In this document: positions 46,163 to 55,919 of the stretch, piece by piece | How positions within the stretch are numbered: the stretch's first letter is position 1 | Layout of the letters: every line of letters starts with the position of its first letter | Made by a program: the position numbers and the translations under genes | NCBI GenBank assembly: GCA_021817945.1 | Contig: JAKAFL010000010.1 | Span: 25,363-89,362 of the forward strand | DNA length: 64,000 nucleotides | DNA from: a bacterium | GTDB lineage: Bacteria > Verrucomicrobiota > Verrucomicrobiia > Limisphaerales > UBA11358 | Direction: 5' to 3' | Notes under the pieces: model-generated | Told to the model about the DNA's origin: nothing | The model's input: the letters and a program-made list of their open reading frames with translations, nothing else | The model's database searches: none

Positions 46163-47396
46163 AAAATTTGCGGTGCTGTATGTGGATGATGAAGAGCGGT
46201 CGCTGACCAGCTTCACCCGTGCTTATGGTGAAACATTCCGGGTGTTCACCGCGAACAGCGCCCAGGCGGGCATCAAGATTTTTGAGGAACACGCGGACGA
46301 AATCGGCATTTTGATGACGGACCAGCGCATGCCCGGGGAGAAGGGCGTCTGGCTGTTGGAGCGGGCGCGGCAACTCCGTCCCCGCACCCTGCGAATCCTG
46401 GTCACCGCCTTTGCGGACATGGATGCCGCCATCGCCGCCGTGAATGAGGGCGCCATTTACAAATACCTCAATAAGCCCTGGGACCCGGTTCAATTGGAGA
46501 TGACCCTGCGGCAGGGCCTGGAATTTTTCATGGTGCAGGCGGAGCGCGACCAGTTGCTGGCGGAAAAAATGTCCGTGCTGCGAAACATGATGATAGCGGA
46601 CCGGGTGGTGAGCCTGGGGCTGCTGGCGGCAGGCCTCAGCCATCATATCCGCAACTCAATGGTGGCGGTGAAAACATTCCTGGAACTGGCTCCCATCAAG
46701 ATGGCTGAAGAACGGGACGGCGGGAACACGGGGCTGCGGGACCCGGATTTCTGGCGTGAATACCATCAGAATGTCCAAGGCCAGATTGAAAAAGTGAACG
46801 TCTTGCTGGCGGATTTGCGCACAGCGGCGGAAGGTTCCAAGTCAGCCGATCCTTTCCCCGATGAAATTCATCCCAAAGCCATTTTGGCGCAAAGGTTGGA
46901 AGGCATGGCCGAAGCTTTTGGTGCGCGGCGGATCACCGTGGAGAACCAAATTCCTGATTCCATTCCCCTCATGCGGGTGGATCAGCGCAAATTTGAGCGG
47001 CTGGTGGATCTTTTGCTGAAGGATGAACTGGCCATGTTGCCGGCGGGCAGCCGTATTACTTTGACGGCTGAGGTGCAGGAAGAACGCATGGTCCTCCGGC
47101 TGGTGGACAATGGGCCTGCCCTGCCTCCGGCGGCTTTGCAAGTGGTCTGTGATCCATTCAATGTCACAAGCGGCGTGCCCTCCGAGTACGGAATCAACCT
47201 TATGGCCTGCTTTTTTCTAGCCCATCATCATGGCGGCAAGGTGGAAGCCCACAGCCATCCTGGAGGCAACACATTCACTGTCCGAATGCCGCTCAAACCT
47301 GTCCGTCAGGCTGAGACCACAGAGGAAGACACCAGTTTCCTTAGGCGTTCTTTCATGAACAATGAAATGTGGACCAAGCTTATTTCCAAGGGGTAG
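46140..47396 (+). CDS. response-regulator receiver fused to a degenerate histidine-kinase-like domain (PhcR-like architecture)
   Basis: The ATG at 46140 overlaps the preceding gene by 23 nt. REC: VLYVDDEERSL...LMTDQRMPGEKG...KYLNKPW. C-terminal H-box-like AAGLSHHIRNS. The ATP-lid motifs are degenerate: LLLKDELAML for the N box, DNGPAL for G1, GINLMAC for G2. Confidence 0.85.
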   Translation: MENLYDYKKFAVLYVDDEERSLTSFTRAYGETFRVFTANSAQAGIKIFEEHADEIGILMTDQRMPGEKGVWLLERARQLRPRTLRILVTAFADMDAAIAAVNEGAIYKYLNKPWDPVQLEMTLRQGLEFFMVQAERDQLLAEKMSVLRNMMIADRVVSLGLLAAGLSHHIRNSMVAVKTFLELAPIKMAEERDGGNTGLRDPDFWREYHQNVQGQIEKVNVLLADLRTAAEGSKSADPFPDEIHPKAILAQRLEGMAEAFGARRITVENQIPDSIPLMRVDQRKFERLVDLLLKDELAMLPAGSRITLTAEVQEERMVLRLVDNGPALPPAALQVVCDPFNVTSGVPSEYGINLMACFFLAHHHGGKVEAHSHPGGNTFTVRMPLKPVRQAETTEEDTSFLRRSFMNNEMWTKLISKG

Positions 47397-47962
47397 AAGA
47401 ACGGCCCGGATCCCACGCCGCTCTGTGCCTGGATTTTAAAATGCATTGATGGCACCGCTGGCATTCCCGGATGGCTGCTGCGGTCTAAAAAAGTTCCGCA
47501 AACCTTTTTGGACGGATTTCGTCCCTTTGGGCAGGCAATGGAGTAAAACCCTTTCATGAAACAGGCAATGGGCGCGGATTGAAAAAATCCAACGCTGGCA
47601 AAAATCACTCAAAAAACGAAGGTTGTAAACGCCTGACCGAAAAGGACGTTGGATGTTGTTGGGAAGAGGCAAAGGATCAAATGGCGATGCGCAACAAACC
47701 AGAATAACCAATTGGAATCCTGGACTTGGGAGCAATGAAGCCAGGCGTCTATTGCGTGATAACCTTCCACTGGGCATGCACCTGGTCAGAGGTCCCGGAC
47801 ACAGACCCGTAACGGTCCCGTCATTTTCGTCGCCCAATTCTAACAATTGTCACGTTTACCCTTCCCGGAATCCGTGATCAGATGGTTCCACAGCCTCACA
47901 CCCGGGGCTGAATTAGGAAACGCAAACAAACCAAACGAACAATAAAAAGCAAGGATACACAC

Positions 47963-49513
47963 ATGAAAAAATCAGGAAATACCCAGGCGCTGCGCACTTT
48001 CAGAAATGCGCGGCTTGTTTCTGGCGCAGGGATGGCGGGAGTTTTGCTGGCCAGCCACCTGGCCTTGGCGGATGGGGATGATCGCCACTGGTCAAGCCAG
48101 GTGAACCAGGTGGGGGATGTTTTTATTATTGCCCTTGAAAACCATAATTTCACCCAACCCAATCCCACGGCCACGCCCCAACAGATTTTCGGCAACCCTG
48201 CCGCTCCTTATCTCAACAGTCTGGTGACGCCGGGCAACCCCAATTCGGCTCAAGTTTCCTATGCCTCGCATTATTTCAATGCCGGCACCGGGGTTCACCC
48301 CTCGGAACCCAACTACGTTTGGGCCGAGACAGGGACGGATTTTGGCTTCCATTCTGATGCCGACCCCAGCTACGCCAACGGAAATAAATTTTATGATAAT
48401 TCCAGCTCGTTGATCAGCTCCCTGAATGCCAGCGGCAACCAGGTTTTGACGTGGCATTTTAACAGAACGCCCCATCTGGTTGCGCAACTGGATGCAGTCG
48501 GCATTCCCTGGAAAAATTACCAGGAAGACGTTTCGCTATCCCAATCACCCACCAATAGCGCCTATGGCACCAACGGGCCTGTGAATCCTTTCAATGGCAC
48601 CACCCAGTACAACTACGCTCCCAAGCACAATCCCATGGCGTTCTTCACCGAAAGCGCCTTTGCCAACGTCTATGAATTGTCGCAATTGTTCACGGATTTG
48701 GCCAATAACACGGTTGGCCGCTACAACTGGATCACCCCAGACCAGTATAATGAGGCCCATAGCCCGCTGAATAATGGCTTCACTTACAACGGGGTGCATT
48801 ATACGGGCGACCAATCATCCGTGGCCTCTGCAGACAATTTCCTTTCCCATGTGATCCCGCAAATCATGGCATCCAAGGCCTATCAAGACAACGGTGTCAT
48901 CGTCCTTTGGTGGGATGAATCTGAAGGTGGCGACACGACGTCCCAATCCGTTCCCGAAATCATCATCTCCCCGCTGGCGAAGGGCAACGCCTATGCCAGT
49001 CCCGTTGCCATGAACCATTCCTCCGACATCAAAACCTGGGAGGAGGTTTTCGGCCTGCCCGCGCTTAACAATCCAATCCCCGCCACTGAGACAAACGTGG
49101 AGCAAGCTGGTGTCTTCAACAATGTTGCCACCGTGAACGATCTGAGCGACCTGTTTGTTCCGGGAGCCATTCCAACCAACGCCTTCTCCGTGACAAGCGA
49201 AGGTTTTGTGACGGATGGACGCAACGGCCACAAAAAGGAGACCCTCCGCATCACAAACACTGGCTCCACTGCAGTTTACAATTCTATCTGGATCGCCTTG
49301 GACAACCTCACTCCGGGTGTCACGCTGTTGAATGCTGATGCCAACACCGAAGTTCTGGCCCCCTTGGGCAGCCCTGCGGTCAAACTGAACGACGGCGACG
49401 ACAACATTTTGCGCCCATATCAAAGCCGCAAAGTAACCTTGGAATTCCTGGATCCCAACTCTGACCCAATCACCTACGACCCCCGTGTCCTCAACGTTGA
49501 ACCGGCTCCTTGA
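47963..49513 (+). CDS. secreted phosphoesterase-family protein (AcpA / phospholipase C-like)
   Basis: 516 aa with a signal peptide. The motifs ALENHNF and HPSEPNYVWAETG are typical of the phosphoesterase family. The last ~110 aa form an extra beta-rich domain. Confidence 0.75.
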   Translation: MKKSGNTQALRTFRNARLVSGAGMAGVLLASHLALADGDDRHWSSQVNQVGDVFIIALENHNFTQPNPTATPQQIFGNPAAPYLNSLVTPGNPNSAQVSYASHYFNAGTGVHPSEPNYVWAETGTDFGFHSDADPSYANGNKFYDNSSSLISSLNASGNQVLTWHFNRTPHLVAQLDAVGIPWKNYQEDVSLSQSPTNSAYGTNGPVNPFNGTTQYNYAPKHNPMAFFTESAFANVYELSQLFTDLANNTVGRYNWITPDQYNEAHSPLNNGFTYNGVHYTGDQSSVASADNFLSHVIPQIMASKAYQDNGVIVLWWDESEGGDTTSQSVPEIIISPLAKGNAYASPVAMNHSSDIKTWEEVFGLPALNNPIPATETNVEQAGVFNNVATVNDLSDLFVPGAIPTNAFSVTSEGFVTDGRNGHKKETLRITNTGSTAVYNSIWIALDNLTPGVTLLNADANTEVLAPLGSPAVKLNDGDDNILRPYQSRKVTLEFLDPNSDPITYDPRVLNVEPAP

Positions 49514-49563
49514 GGTGGCCTGTTTAGCGCAAATGGATTGACCCGCACATTTTAAATCACAAG

Positions 49564-49595
49564 GAGGCCGCCCTCTCGGCGGCCTCCGTTTTTAT
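49564..49595 (+). terminator. rho-independent terminator after the phosphoesterase gene
   Basis: GGAGGCCGCC-ctctc-GGCGGCCTCC, a perfect 10-bp stem, followed by GTTTTTAT. Lies 51 nt after the stop. Confidence 0.7.
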
Positions 49596-49701
49596 ACGGG
49601 TTTGCCCCGACGGATCCGCCTCGCCCAAGGCCAGAATCCGCGGCCGCAGCATCTTTCAAACTTTTCAGACAGGCGGCGCGCCAAGGCGGTTTGGGAGATG
49701 T

Positions 49702-51762
49702 TTATGCTTTGCCAGAAACCTGGCCAGCCTTGGAGTTATCCAATACCCTAATTGACTCGGGTTTTTCCTGCATGACAAGGTTCCTTGCTTGGTGGATCAG
49801 GTTCATGTCCGTTGCGAGGTTCCCAAAAATGAGTTCTGGCAGGCCGCTTTGCTGCTGGCCCAGCAATTCCCCGGGGCCCCGCATTTTGAGGTCTTCTTCG
49901 GCAATTTGGAAACCGTCAGTTGTTTTGGCCAGGATGTCCAATCTTGCCTTGGCGGAATCACTCAGGCTGTTGGAAATAAGAATGCAGTGGCTTTCATGTG
50001 ACCCACGGCCCACCCTGCCTCTCAGTTGGTGAAGCTGGGCCAGGCCGAATTGCTCCGCATTCTCCACAACCATGACCGTGGCATTGGGCACATCCACCCC
50101 CACCTCCACCAGGGATGTGGCAACCAGGGCTTGGACCCGGTTTTCCCGAAAAGCTGCCATCACTTCTTCTTTTTCACGGGTTGTCAGGCTGCCATGAAGC
50201 AAACCTGCCTTGAATGGGGCCATGGCTTCCTGAATCTTTTGAAATTCCCTTGTCACTGCCTTCACATCCCCGTCCTCCTCGGATGCCTGGACACGTGGAT
50301 AGATAATATATGCCTGTCTTCCCTCGGTCATCCGGCCCCGGACAAATTCAAAAACCCGGGCCAGCTTGTCCGAGCCGCGCACGTGGGTTTTAATGTTGCC
50401 ACGCCCTCCGGGGCCACGCTCCATAACCGATAAATCCAAGTCGCCATAAAGGGTCAACCCCAAAGTTCTGGGTATGGGAGTGGCGGTCATGACCAATAAA
50501 TGGGGGAAATGTCCTTTGCGGACCAGGGATTCCCTTTGGGCGACTCCAAACTTGTGTTGTTCATCAATGATGACGAGGCCCAGGTTCCTCAGCTCAATCC
50601 GTGCAGTCAACAAAGCATGGGTTCCCACAGTCACGCTGGGTGGAATCGGCGCGGATTGGGGCGGATGAGCAGGGGGTGATTCCACGTTTTTGCCCGAGGC
50701 GCTGCCCGTCTGGAGGCTTACTTCCATCCCCAAGGGTTTCAACCATTGGCTGAATTGGTGGTAATGCTGCACTGCCAATATTTCCGTGGGAGCCATGATG
50801 GCGACATTAAATCCGCTTTCCAAAGCCATCAATGCCGCGCAGGCCGCCACCACCGTTTTACCGCAACCCACATCGCCCTGCAAGAGACGGCGCATGGGGT
50901 AAGGCCCGCCCATGTCTGTTCGGATTTCGCGCAAAACCCGGGTCTGGCTGCTGGTGAGCGAGAATGGCAGCCCTGATAAAAAGGGGCGCATCAACTGGTT
51001 GTTCCCCGCACAAGGCAGGCCCCGTGCCTGTTCCTGAAAACGCCTGCGGCGACCTTGGATTTGGGATTGCAGTTTCACAAATTCATCCAGCGCCAACCGT
51101 TGTCGCGCCACCTCCACATCCGCAGGTTCATTGGGAAAATGAATCATGCGGATGGCGTTGGCGCGGCTGGGGTAAAGCTTCAGGTCAGGATGAATCGTGG
51201 GTTCAGCCACATCCTTCTCAAATTGTTCCAAGGCATTCCATACCAATGTGCGCAATACCCGCGATGAAAGCCCCTCGGTCAATGGGTGTATGGGAACTAT
51301 ACGGTTGGCATGGATAAATTCGTCGTCTCCCGGTTCACACCATTCGGTTTCGGGGTGATCCATGGTCCGGGGCTTGAGCCGGTTCAGGCGGCCAAACACC
51401 AGGAATTCCCGCCCCGGGACATACCAGGTTTCCATCCAGGATTGGGCCTGCCACCACCGGCAATGAAGCCTGCCTGAGCCATCGTCCAAAACCATTTCAA
51501 ACATTCGACGGGATCCGCGCTTGAAGGATTTTATACCCGCAGCCTGAATGCGGCCCCTGACTGTGGCAGGTTCTTCCAGGCGAAGATCGCAAATGGACAA
51601 AAAATGACGCCTGTCCTCATAACGGCGAGGAGGATGGAGCAGGAGATCCTGGACAGTGGTGATTTTGAGGCGTCCAAGCAGGGCGGCTCGTTCCTCACCC
51701 ACGCCATGGATCAGCGTTGGCGGCCCTGACAGGGCGGCTCCAAAATTGGGCGGGTGCGACAT
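49702..51762 (-). CDS. recG: ATP-dependent DNA helicase RecG
   Basis: From the ATG at 51762, 686 aa. N-terminal wedge region, Walker A GDVGCGKT, DEQHKFGV, and helicase C motifs QLHQLRGRVGRG. Confidence 0.92.
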   Translation of the reverse strand: MSHPPNFGAALSGPPTLIHGVGEERAALLGRLKITTVQDLLLHPPRRYEDRRHFLSICDLRLEEPATVRGRIQAAGIKSFKRGSRRMFEMVLDDGSGRLHCRWWQAQSWMETWYVPGREFLVFGRLNRLKPRTMDHPETEWCEPGDDEFIHANRIVPIHPLTEGLSSRVLRTLVWNALEQFEKDVAEPTIHPDLKLYPSRANAIRMIHFPNEPADVEVARQRLALDEFVKLQSQIQGRRRRFQEQARGLPCAGNNQLMRPFLSGLPFSLTSSQTRVLREIRTDMGGPYPMRRLLQGDVGCGKTVVAACAALMALESGFNVAIMAPTEILAVQHYHQFSQWLKPLGMEVSLQTGSASGKNVESPPAHPPQSAPIPPSVTVGTHALLTARIELRNLGLVIIDEQHKFGVAQRESLVRKGHFPHLLVMTATPIPRTLGLTLYGDLDLSVMERGPGGRGNIKTHVRGSDKLARVFEFVRGRMTEGRQAYIIYPRVQASEEDGDVKAVTREFQKIQEAMAPFKAGLLHGSLTTREKEEVMAAFRENRVQALVATSLVEVGVDVPNATVMVVENAEQFGLAQLHQLRGRVGRGSHESHCILISNSLSDSAKARLDILAKTTDGFQIAEEDLKMRGPGELLGQQQSGLPELIFGNLATDMNLIHQARNLVMQEKPESIRVLDNSKAGQVSGKA

Positions 51763-51972
51763 TTCCTGCAAAATACAAATCGCCATGAGGCGCTTCAACC
51801 GCAAACAATTCCGGATGGGTTTCCGATCGTAAAAATTTGGCGGAATAATGTCGGGTGGAGCTTTATTCCCAGCAGGTGGTTGCTTCCATTCCATTTTTTC
51901 AGGACAATCCCTCCCATGCGGAAAACTGCACCCCAAAAACCATTCCGGCGGGGATCAAGGCCCTTGAGCGTC

Positions 51973-53226
51973 ATGATCCTTGGCGTGGGGTCTCACGCTC
52001 ACAGCATGGGGAAGACGTTGGCGGATGCCGGCGCCAGCGTGGCCACGTATTTGACCCGTGATTATGGGCATTACGCCCCCGCACTTGTGGGGCCTGTCTT
52101 CTCGCGTTTGGCTCATCCCAGTCCGGTGCCGTTGGTTCGCAAGTTGAAAACGGATCTGGTTTTGACTCAATCCATAGATTGGGCCCAACAGCCTTGGGCG
52201 GAGGATTTGATATCCACCGGTGCGGCCATTTTTTGTCCCACAGGCGAAGCCATGCGCATTGAGAGGGAACGTGATTTTGCCCGGCAATTGTGCGCACGGT
52301 TCAAAATACCTTTTCCACGATCTTTTGTGGCTTCCAACCGGCTTGAGGCCGAGCAGATTCTGGCTGCCCATCCGCGCCCGTTTGTCATCAAAAATCCACT
52401 GTGTTCTCCCACCAGCCCCATTCACACGATTTTATGCGAGACGGTGGCAGACACCCGAGCCTGGCTGCGCCAGGTCAATTATGCTGAGGGGGTTTTTCTC
52501 CAGGAATACCTGGGCCGGGCGGAGATCGGCCATATCGCTTTGGTGAGCGGTGGGGAAATCCATCCTATTGTCACCAATCAGGAGTACAAATATGCTTTCA
52601 CCGGCAACCAAGGAATTGTCGCGGGGGCACCCCTGGGAGGGTTGGTCCAGCGCGACGATCAGGATCAATATGGCTTGGCTCGCTCTCTCTTGTTCCCGCT
52701 CCTTCCCTGGTTCCGGGAAGTGGGATTCCACGGCCCCATTCAAGTCACAGCCATTAAACCACCCGGCTCCCGCGGACCTACCGGGTGGCAGGTGGTGGAA
52801 TACAATATTCGCGTGGGAGTCACCTCCGGCCCCATGATTCTCCGCATGTTGAAAAACCCCGGAGAGGTTCTTCTGCGCGTCGCCCGCAACGAAAAACTGG
52901 ATATTCAGTTTCGTAAACACCTCCGTTATGGTTGTTCTCTGACCTTGGCTGGTTATGGCTATCCATTCACACAGGTCCGAGGGCCGCAACTGCCTTTGGA
53001 CCTTTCAGGCCCGCCAGATTGCGACGTTTGGTGGAATGAAGTGGCAAAAAATCCGGCTGGGGGGCTCATGACTACGGGTCATCGCATTGCGGATGTGATC
53101 GCGCTGGGCGCCACTTTGGCGGCAGCCCTAACCAGAGCCTATTCCAACATTCGTAAAATCAGGGTGGCTGGGAGTTATTACCGCACCGATGTGGGCCGGT
53201 GTCTTTGGCCGCCTGGCAGGGTATGA
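51973..53226 (+). CDS. divergent PurD-like ATP-grasp ligase (specificity unknown)
   Basis: Collinear with glycinamide ribonucleotide synthetase, but the signature blocks are altered: MILGVGSHAHS vs VIG.GGREHA; FVIKNPLCSPTSPI vs VIKADGLAAGKGV; NQEYKYAFTGNQGIVAGAPLGGL vs QDHKR..D.D.GPNTGGMG; VVEYNIRVGVTSG vs IEFN.RFGDPE. An alternative upstream ATG is at 51916. Confidence 0.68.
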   Translation: MILGVGSHAHSMGKTLADAGASVATYLTRDYGHYAPALVGPVFSRLAHPSPVPLVRKLKTDLVLTQSIDWAQQPWAEDLISTGAAIFCPTGEAMRIERERDFARQLCARFKIPFPRSFVASNRLEAEQILAAHPRPFVIKNPLCSPTSPIHTILCETVADTRAWLRQVNYAEGVFLQEYLGRAEIGHIALVSGGEIHPIVTNQEYKYAFTGNQGIVAGAPLGGLVQRDDQDQYGLARSLLFPLLPWFREVGFHGPIQVTAIKPPGSRGPTGWQVVEYNIRVGVTSGPMILRMLKNPGEVLLRVARNEKLDIQFRKHLRYGCSLTLAGYGYPFTQVRGPQLPLDLSGPPDCDVWWNEVAKNPAGGLMTTGHRIADVIALGATLAAALTRAYSNIRKIRVAGSYYRTDVGRCLWPPGRV

Positions 53227-53279
53227 AAATCCGGCAGGCAGCATGTTGCTGACAACAACCCATTGATCTCATTTTTGAT

Positions 53280-54455
53280 ATGACATTGGAAAGCAAACCA
53301 TTTCCCTTGCGTCCTGCCTGGCTGGAAATTGACCTGGCCCGGTTGCGTCGCAACCTCCAGTTGATGCGCCGCGATCTGCCTCCCGGAACCCGGCTTCTGG
53401 CGGTGGTCAAGGACGAGGCCTACGGGCATGGGGCTTTGGATGTGGCTCGGGTTGCCGTGGAGGAGGGAGCCTGGGGGTTGGGCCTGAGCACCTTGGAGGA
53501 AGCCATGGCGTTGCGGGATGGTGGTATTACCGCCCCCCTGTTGCTTCTTGGGGAACGTCAGGAATCTGAATTGGAGTGGTGCGTGGACCATCATCTCACC
53601 GTGTGTCTGAACCACCCGGAAACAGCATTGGCGCTGGCCCGCATCGCCGCTGCCCGAGGCAAAAAGGTGCCTGTGCATGTGAAAATTCACACCGGCATGA
53701 CCCGTTATGGAGTCCGCTGGGATGAGGCCCTGCCGCTGCTTAAAGTGGTGGCAGACTGCAAATCCCTGGAATTGGAGGGCGTCATGACCCACTTTTCCCA
53801 GTCGGATGAAACCGATAAAAGTTTTGCCCACCTGCAATTTGCGCGTTTTCAAGAGGTGCTCAAATCCATGCAGGCCTGTGGCATTTCCACCCGCATGCGC
53901 CATGTTTGCAACAGCGGCGGTTTCCTGGACCTGCCTTCCATGCACCTGGACATGGTCCGCACTGGGATTCTCATGTACGGCATCTTCCCCTCCCAGGTTT
54001 GCCGAAGGATTGAGGGCATTGAGCCCGTCATGTCGGTAAAAGCCCGTGTGGCAGCCCTGCAAATTTTGAAGCCTGGCGAGGTCGTGGGCTACGGCATGCG
54101 CTATACCGCATCATCCCTTCGCAAGGTGGCGGTCATTCCGATTGGATATGGAGATGGGTTTCCGCGCGTGCGCAATGAGGGAGCGGTGCTCCTGCATGGG
54201 CACCGCGCCCCTATTATAGGGGGCATCGCCATGGATGCTCTCATGGTGGATGTCACAGACATCCCCAATGTGGCGATGTGGGACGAAGTGGTGGTCATGG
54301 GCCGCCAGGGCGGCCTGGAAATAAGCGCCCGCGATATTGCTGGCTTGAAAAGATCCGTCACTTATGACGTGTTGACCAGTTGGCGGCTTCGTTTGCGGCA
54401 CCGTCACGTGGGCAAGGTCCCACCCGCCTTCCAGTCTCGCCTCGGCCCAATTTGA
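53280..54455 (+). CDS. alr: alanine racemase
   Basis: 391 aa. PAWLEIDL, the PLP-lysine block AVVKDEAYGHG, and YG.R.. and GYGDG blocks. Confidence 0.9.
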   Translation: MTLESKPFPLRPAWLEIDLARLRRNLQLMRRDLPPGTRLLAVVKDEAYGHGALDVARVAVEEGAWGLGLSTLEEAMALRDGGITAPLLLLGERQESELEWCVDHHLTVCLNHPETALALARIAAARGKKVPVHVKIHTGMTRYGVRWDEALPLLKVVADCKSLELEGVMTHFSQSDETDKSFAHLQFARFQEVLKSMQACGISTRMRHVCNSGGFLDLPSMHLDMVRTGILMYGIFPSQVCRRIEGIEPVMSVKARVAALQILKPGEVVGYGMRYTASSLRKVAVIPIGYGDGFPRVRNEGAVLLHGHRAPIIGGIAMDALMVDVTDIPNVAMWDEVVVMGRQGGLEISARDIAGLKRSVTYDVLTSWRLRLRHRHVGKVPPAFQSRLGPI

Positions 54456-54518
54456 AAATGGGGAGGCTTGTGCCTCAGGGGCTTTGACTTTTTTACCGCA
54501 AAACCGGCCTGGACGGGG

Positions 54519-55919
54519 TCAAGGTTTAAAAAGACGGAAAAAGACCGGCGGTCCTGATTGGTTTAAATCCACTGTAAAAGGGGTGGTCGCGCCGCCGGCC
54601 ATGTTTGACCAGGCAGACCCAATTCCAGCGCTATTGGTCTGGGCCTGGATTTGAAAGCCCGGATACGTGGCGGAATCCCAGGACAAAGTTAATTTTCCAC
54701 CGACTGCGGCAAGGCTGAGGCGAGGCTGAGAGTTGCCGCCCAGCGCTTTAATGGATCCGCTGGAATCCAAGTTGTCCGCCCACGACATTCCCGCAGGCAA
54801 AGCTGGCAGTAGCACCGAGCTGAAGGCTCCCGCGTAGCTTTGGGCTTGAAACAGGGAGAAGACAGAGCCTGGGGCAGGTGGCGGTCCGGAATTGATGATG
54901 CTTAAATTTCCAGAATAATAAAAAGTGGGCCCGCTTCCCGCATTCGCCGCCAGCGAGATCGCCCCGGGGTTGGCCAGGTCAAATACCAGGGTTCCGTTCA
55001 AACCCGGTGTGTTCGTGTTGAGGTTGATCACGGCTTCGTTGGTATAAATCCCGTTCACGACCAGGGTGGGCAGCGTAAAAGGGCTGCCGGTTATCATGCC
55101 CGAGCCATTGAAATTAATGCTGGCATAGGCTATGCCCTTCAATGTCCCGCCATTATTGGCAAAGTTTCCAAGAACATACCAGTTTGTGGAATCAAGAATG
55201 TTCAATGTTCCATTGGTGTCAATGGTCAGATCGTTGAAGGAATCATTCCCAGCCGCCCCGTCATTGTCAGTGAGCGTGGCCCCGCCGCCGATGATGGTGT
55301 TGCCAAGGACCGTAAGATTGGCCAACGAACAATCCCAGTTCACATTCGTGCTGCCTGTGCCGCCAAGGATCAGGCTGCCATTGATCGTGAAATCATCCGC
55401 CTCCTGAACGCTGGCCTTGCCGGATACGGTCATGTTTCCGGAAATGATCATGGGCGTCAAACCATCCCCGTAGGTGTCCTGGCCTATTTCCCCATTATAC
55501 AAGGTGCCGCCCCCGCTCAGCACAAGGTTGTAATAGTTCTGGTGTTTGGCCCAAAACGCGTTGCCGGAATAGATGACCGTGTTGCCTGCGGCGCTGGCAT
55601 CCAGCAACCCCAGTTGTTGCGTGCCATTGGCCTGCGCGGAATCACCCACCACCGTCAAGGTGGCATTCGCACCCATGGTCACCGTCCCTCCATCGTAAAT
55701 AAATTGCACGCTGGCATTCGTGGAAACAGTCACGTCTATTCCTGCCGGGATGTCGGCATCGTCATTGGTGCCCGGCACAGTGGCGCTGTTCCAGATGGTG
55801 GGGTCCCCCCAGGTTCCGCTGTTGGTTGCGGTAATGTCCATGGATTGCAGCAGGTATTGCGATGCGATCAATGTGGCCAGCACGATGGAGGTGGCATGAA
55901 GATTTTGTTTGGCATTCAT
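54519..55919 (-). CDS. secreted beta-helix repeat protein (autotransporter-associated beta-strand repeat type)
   Basis: 466 aa with a signal peptide. A long run of G/N/T/S-rich ~25-aa beta-strand repeats, then a C-terminal beta-sandwich-like tail ...LTLSWDSATYPGFQIQAQTN...FFRLFKP. Confidence 0.72.
   Translation of the reverse strand: MNAKQNLHATSIVLATLIASQYLLQSMDITATNSGTWGDPTIWNSATVPGTNDDADIPAGIDVTVSTNASVQFIYDGGTVTMGANATLTVVGDSAQANGTQQLGLLDASAAGNTVIYSGNAFWAKHQNYYNLVLSGGGTLYNGEIGQDTYGDGLTPMIISGNMTVSGKASVQEADDFTINGSLILGGTGSTNVNWDCSLANLTVLGNTIIGGGATLTDNDGAAGNDSFNDLTIDTNGTLNILDSTNWYVLGNFANNGGTLKGIAYASINFNGSGMITGSPFTLPTLVVNGIYTNEAVINLNTNTPGLNGTLVFDLANPGAISLAANAGSGPTFYYSGNLSIINSGPPPAPGSVFSLFQAQSYAGAFSSVLLPALPAGMSWADNLDSSGSIKALGGNSQPRLSLAAVGGKLTLSWDSATYPGFQIQAQTNSAGIGSAWSNMAGGATTPFTVDLNQSGPPVFFRLFKP

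Noticed and set aside
47397-47962. The 566-bp intergenic region between the signalling operon and the phosphoesterase gene was examined for a riboswitch, sRNA, Pho-box-like direct repeats or a fourth phc-like gene (phcQ).
   Set aside because: I could see no conserved-looking structure, repeats or credible ORF. The track ORFs there (47306-47608-, 47436-47846-, 47653-47877+) are low-complexity.
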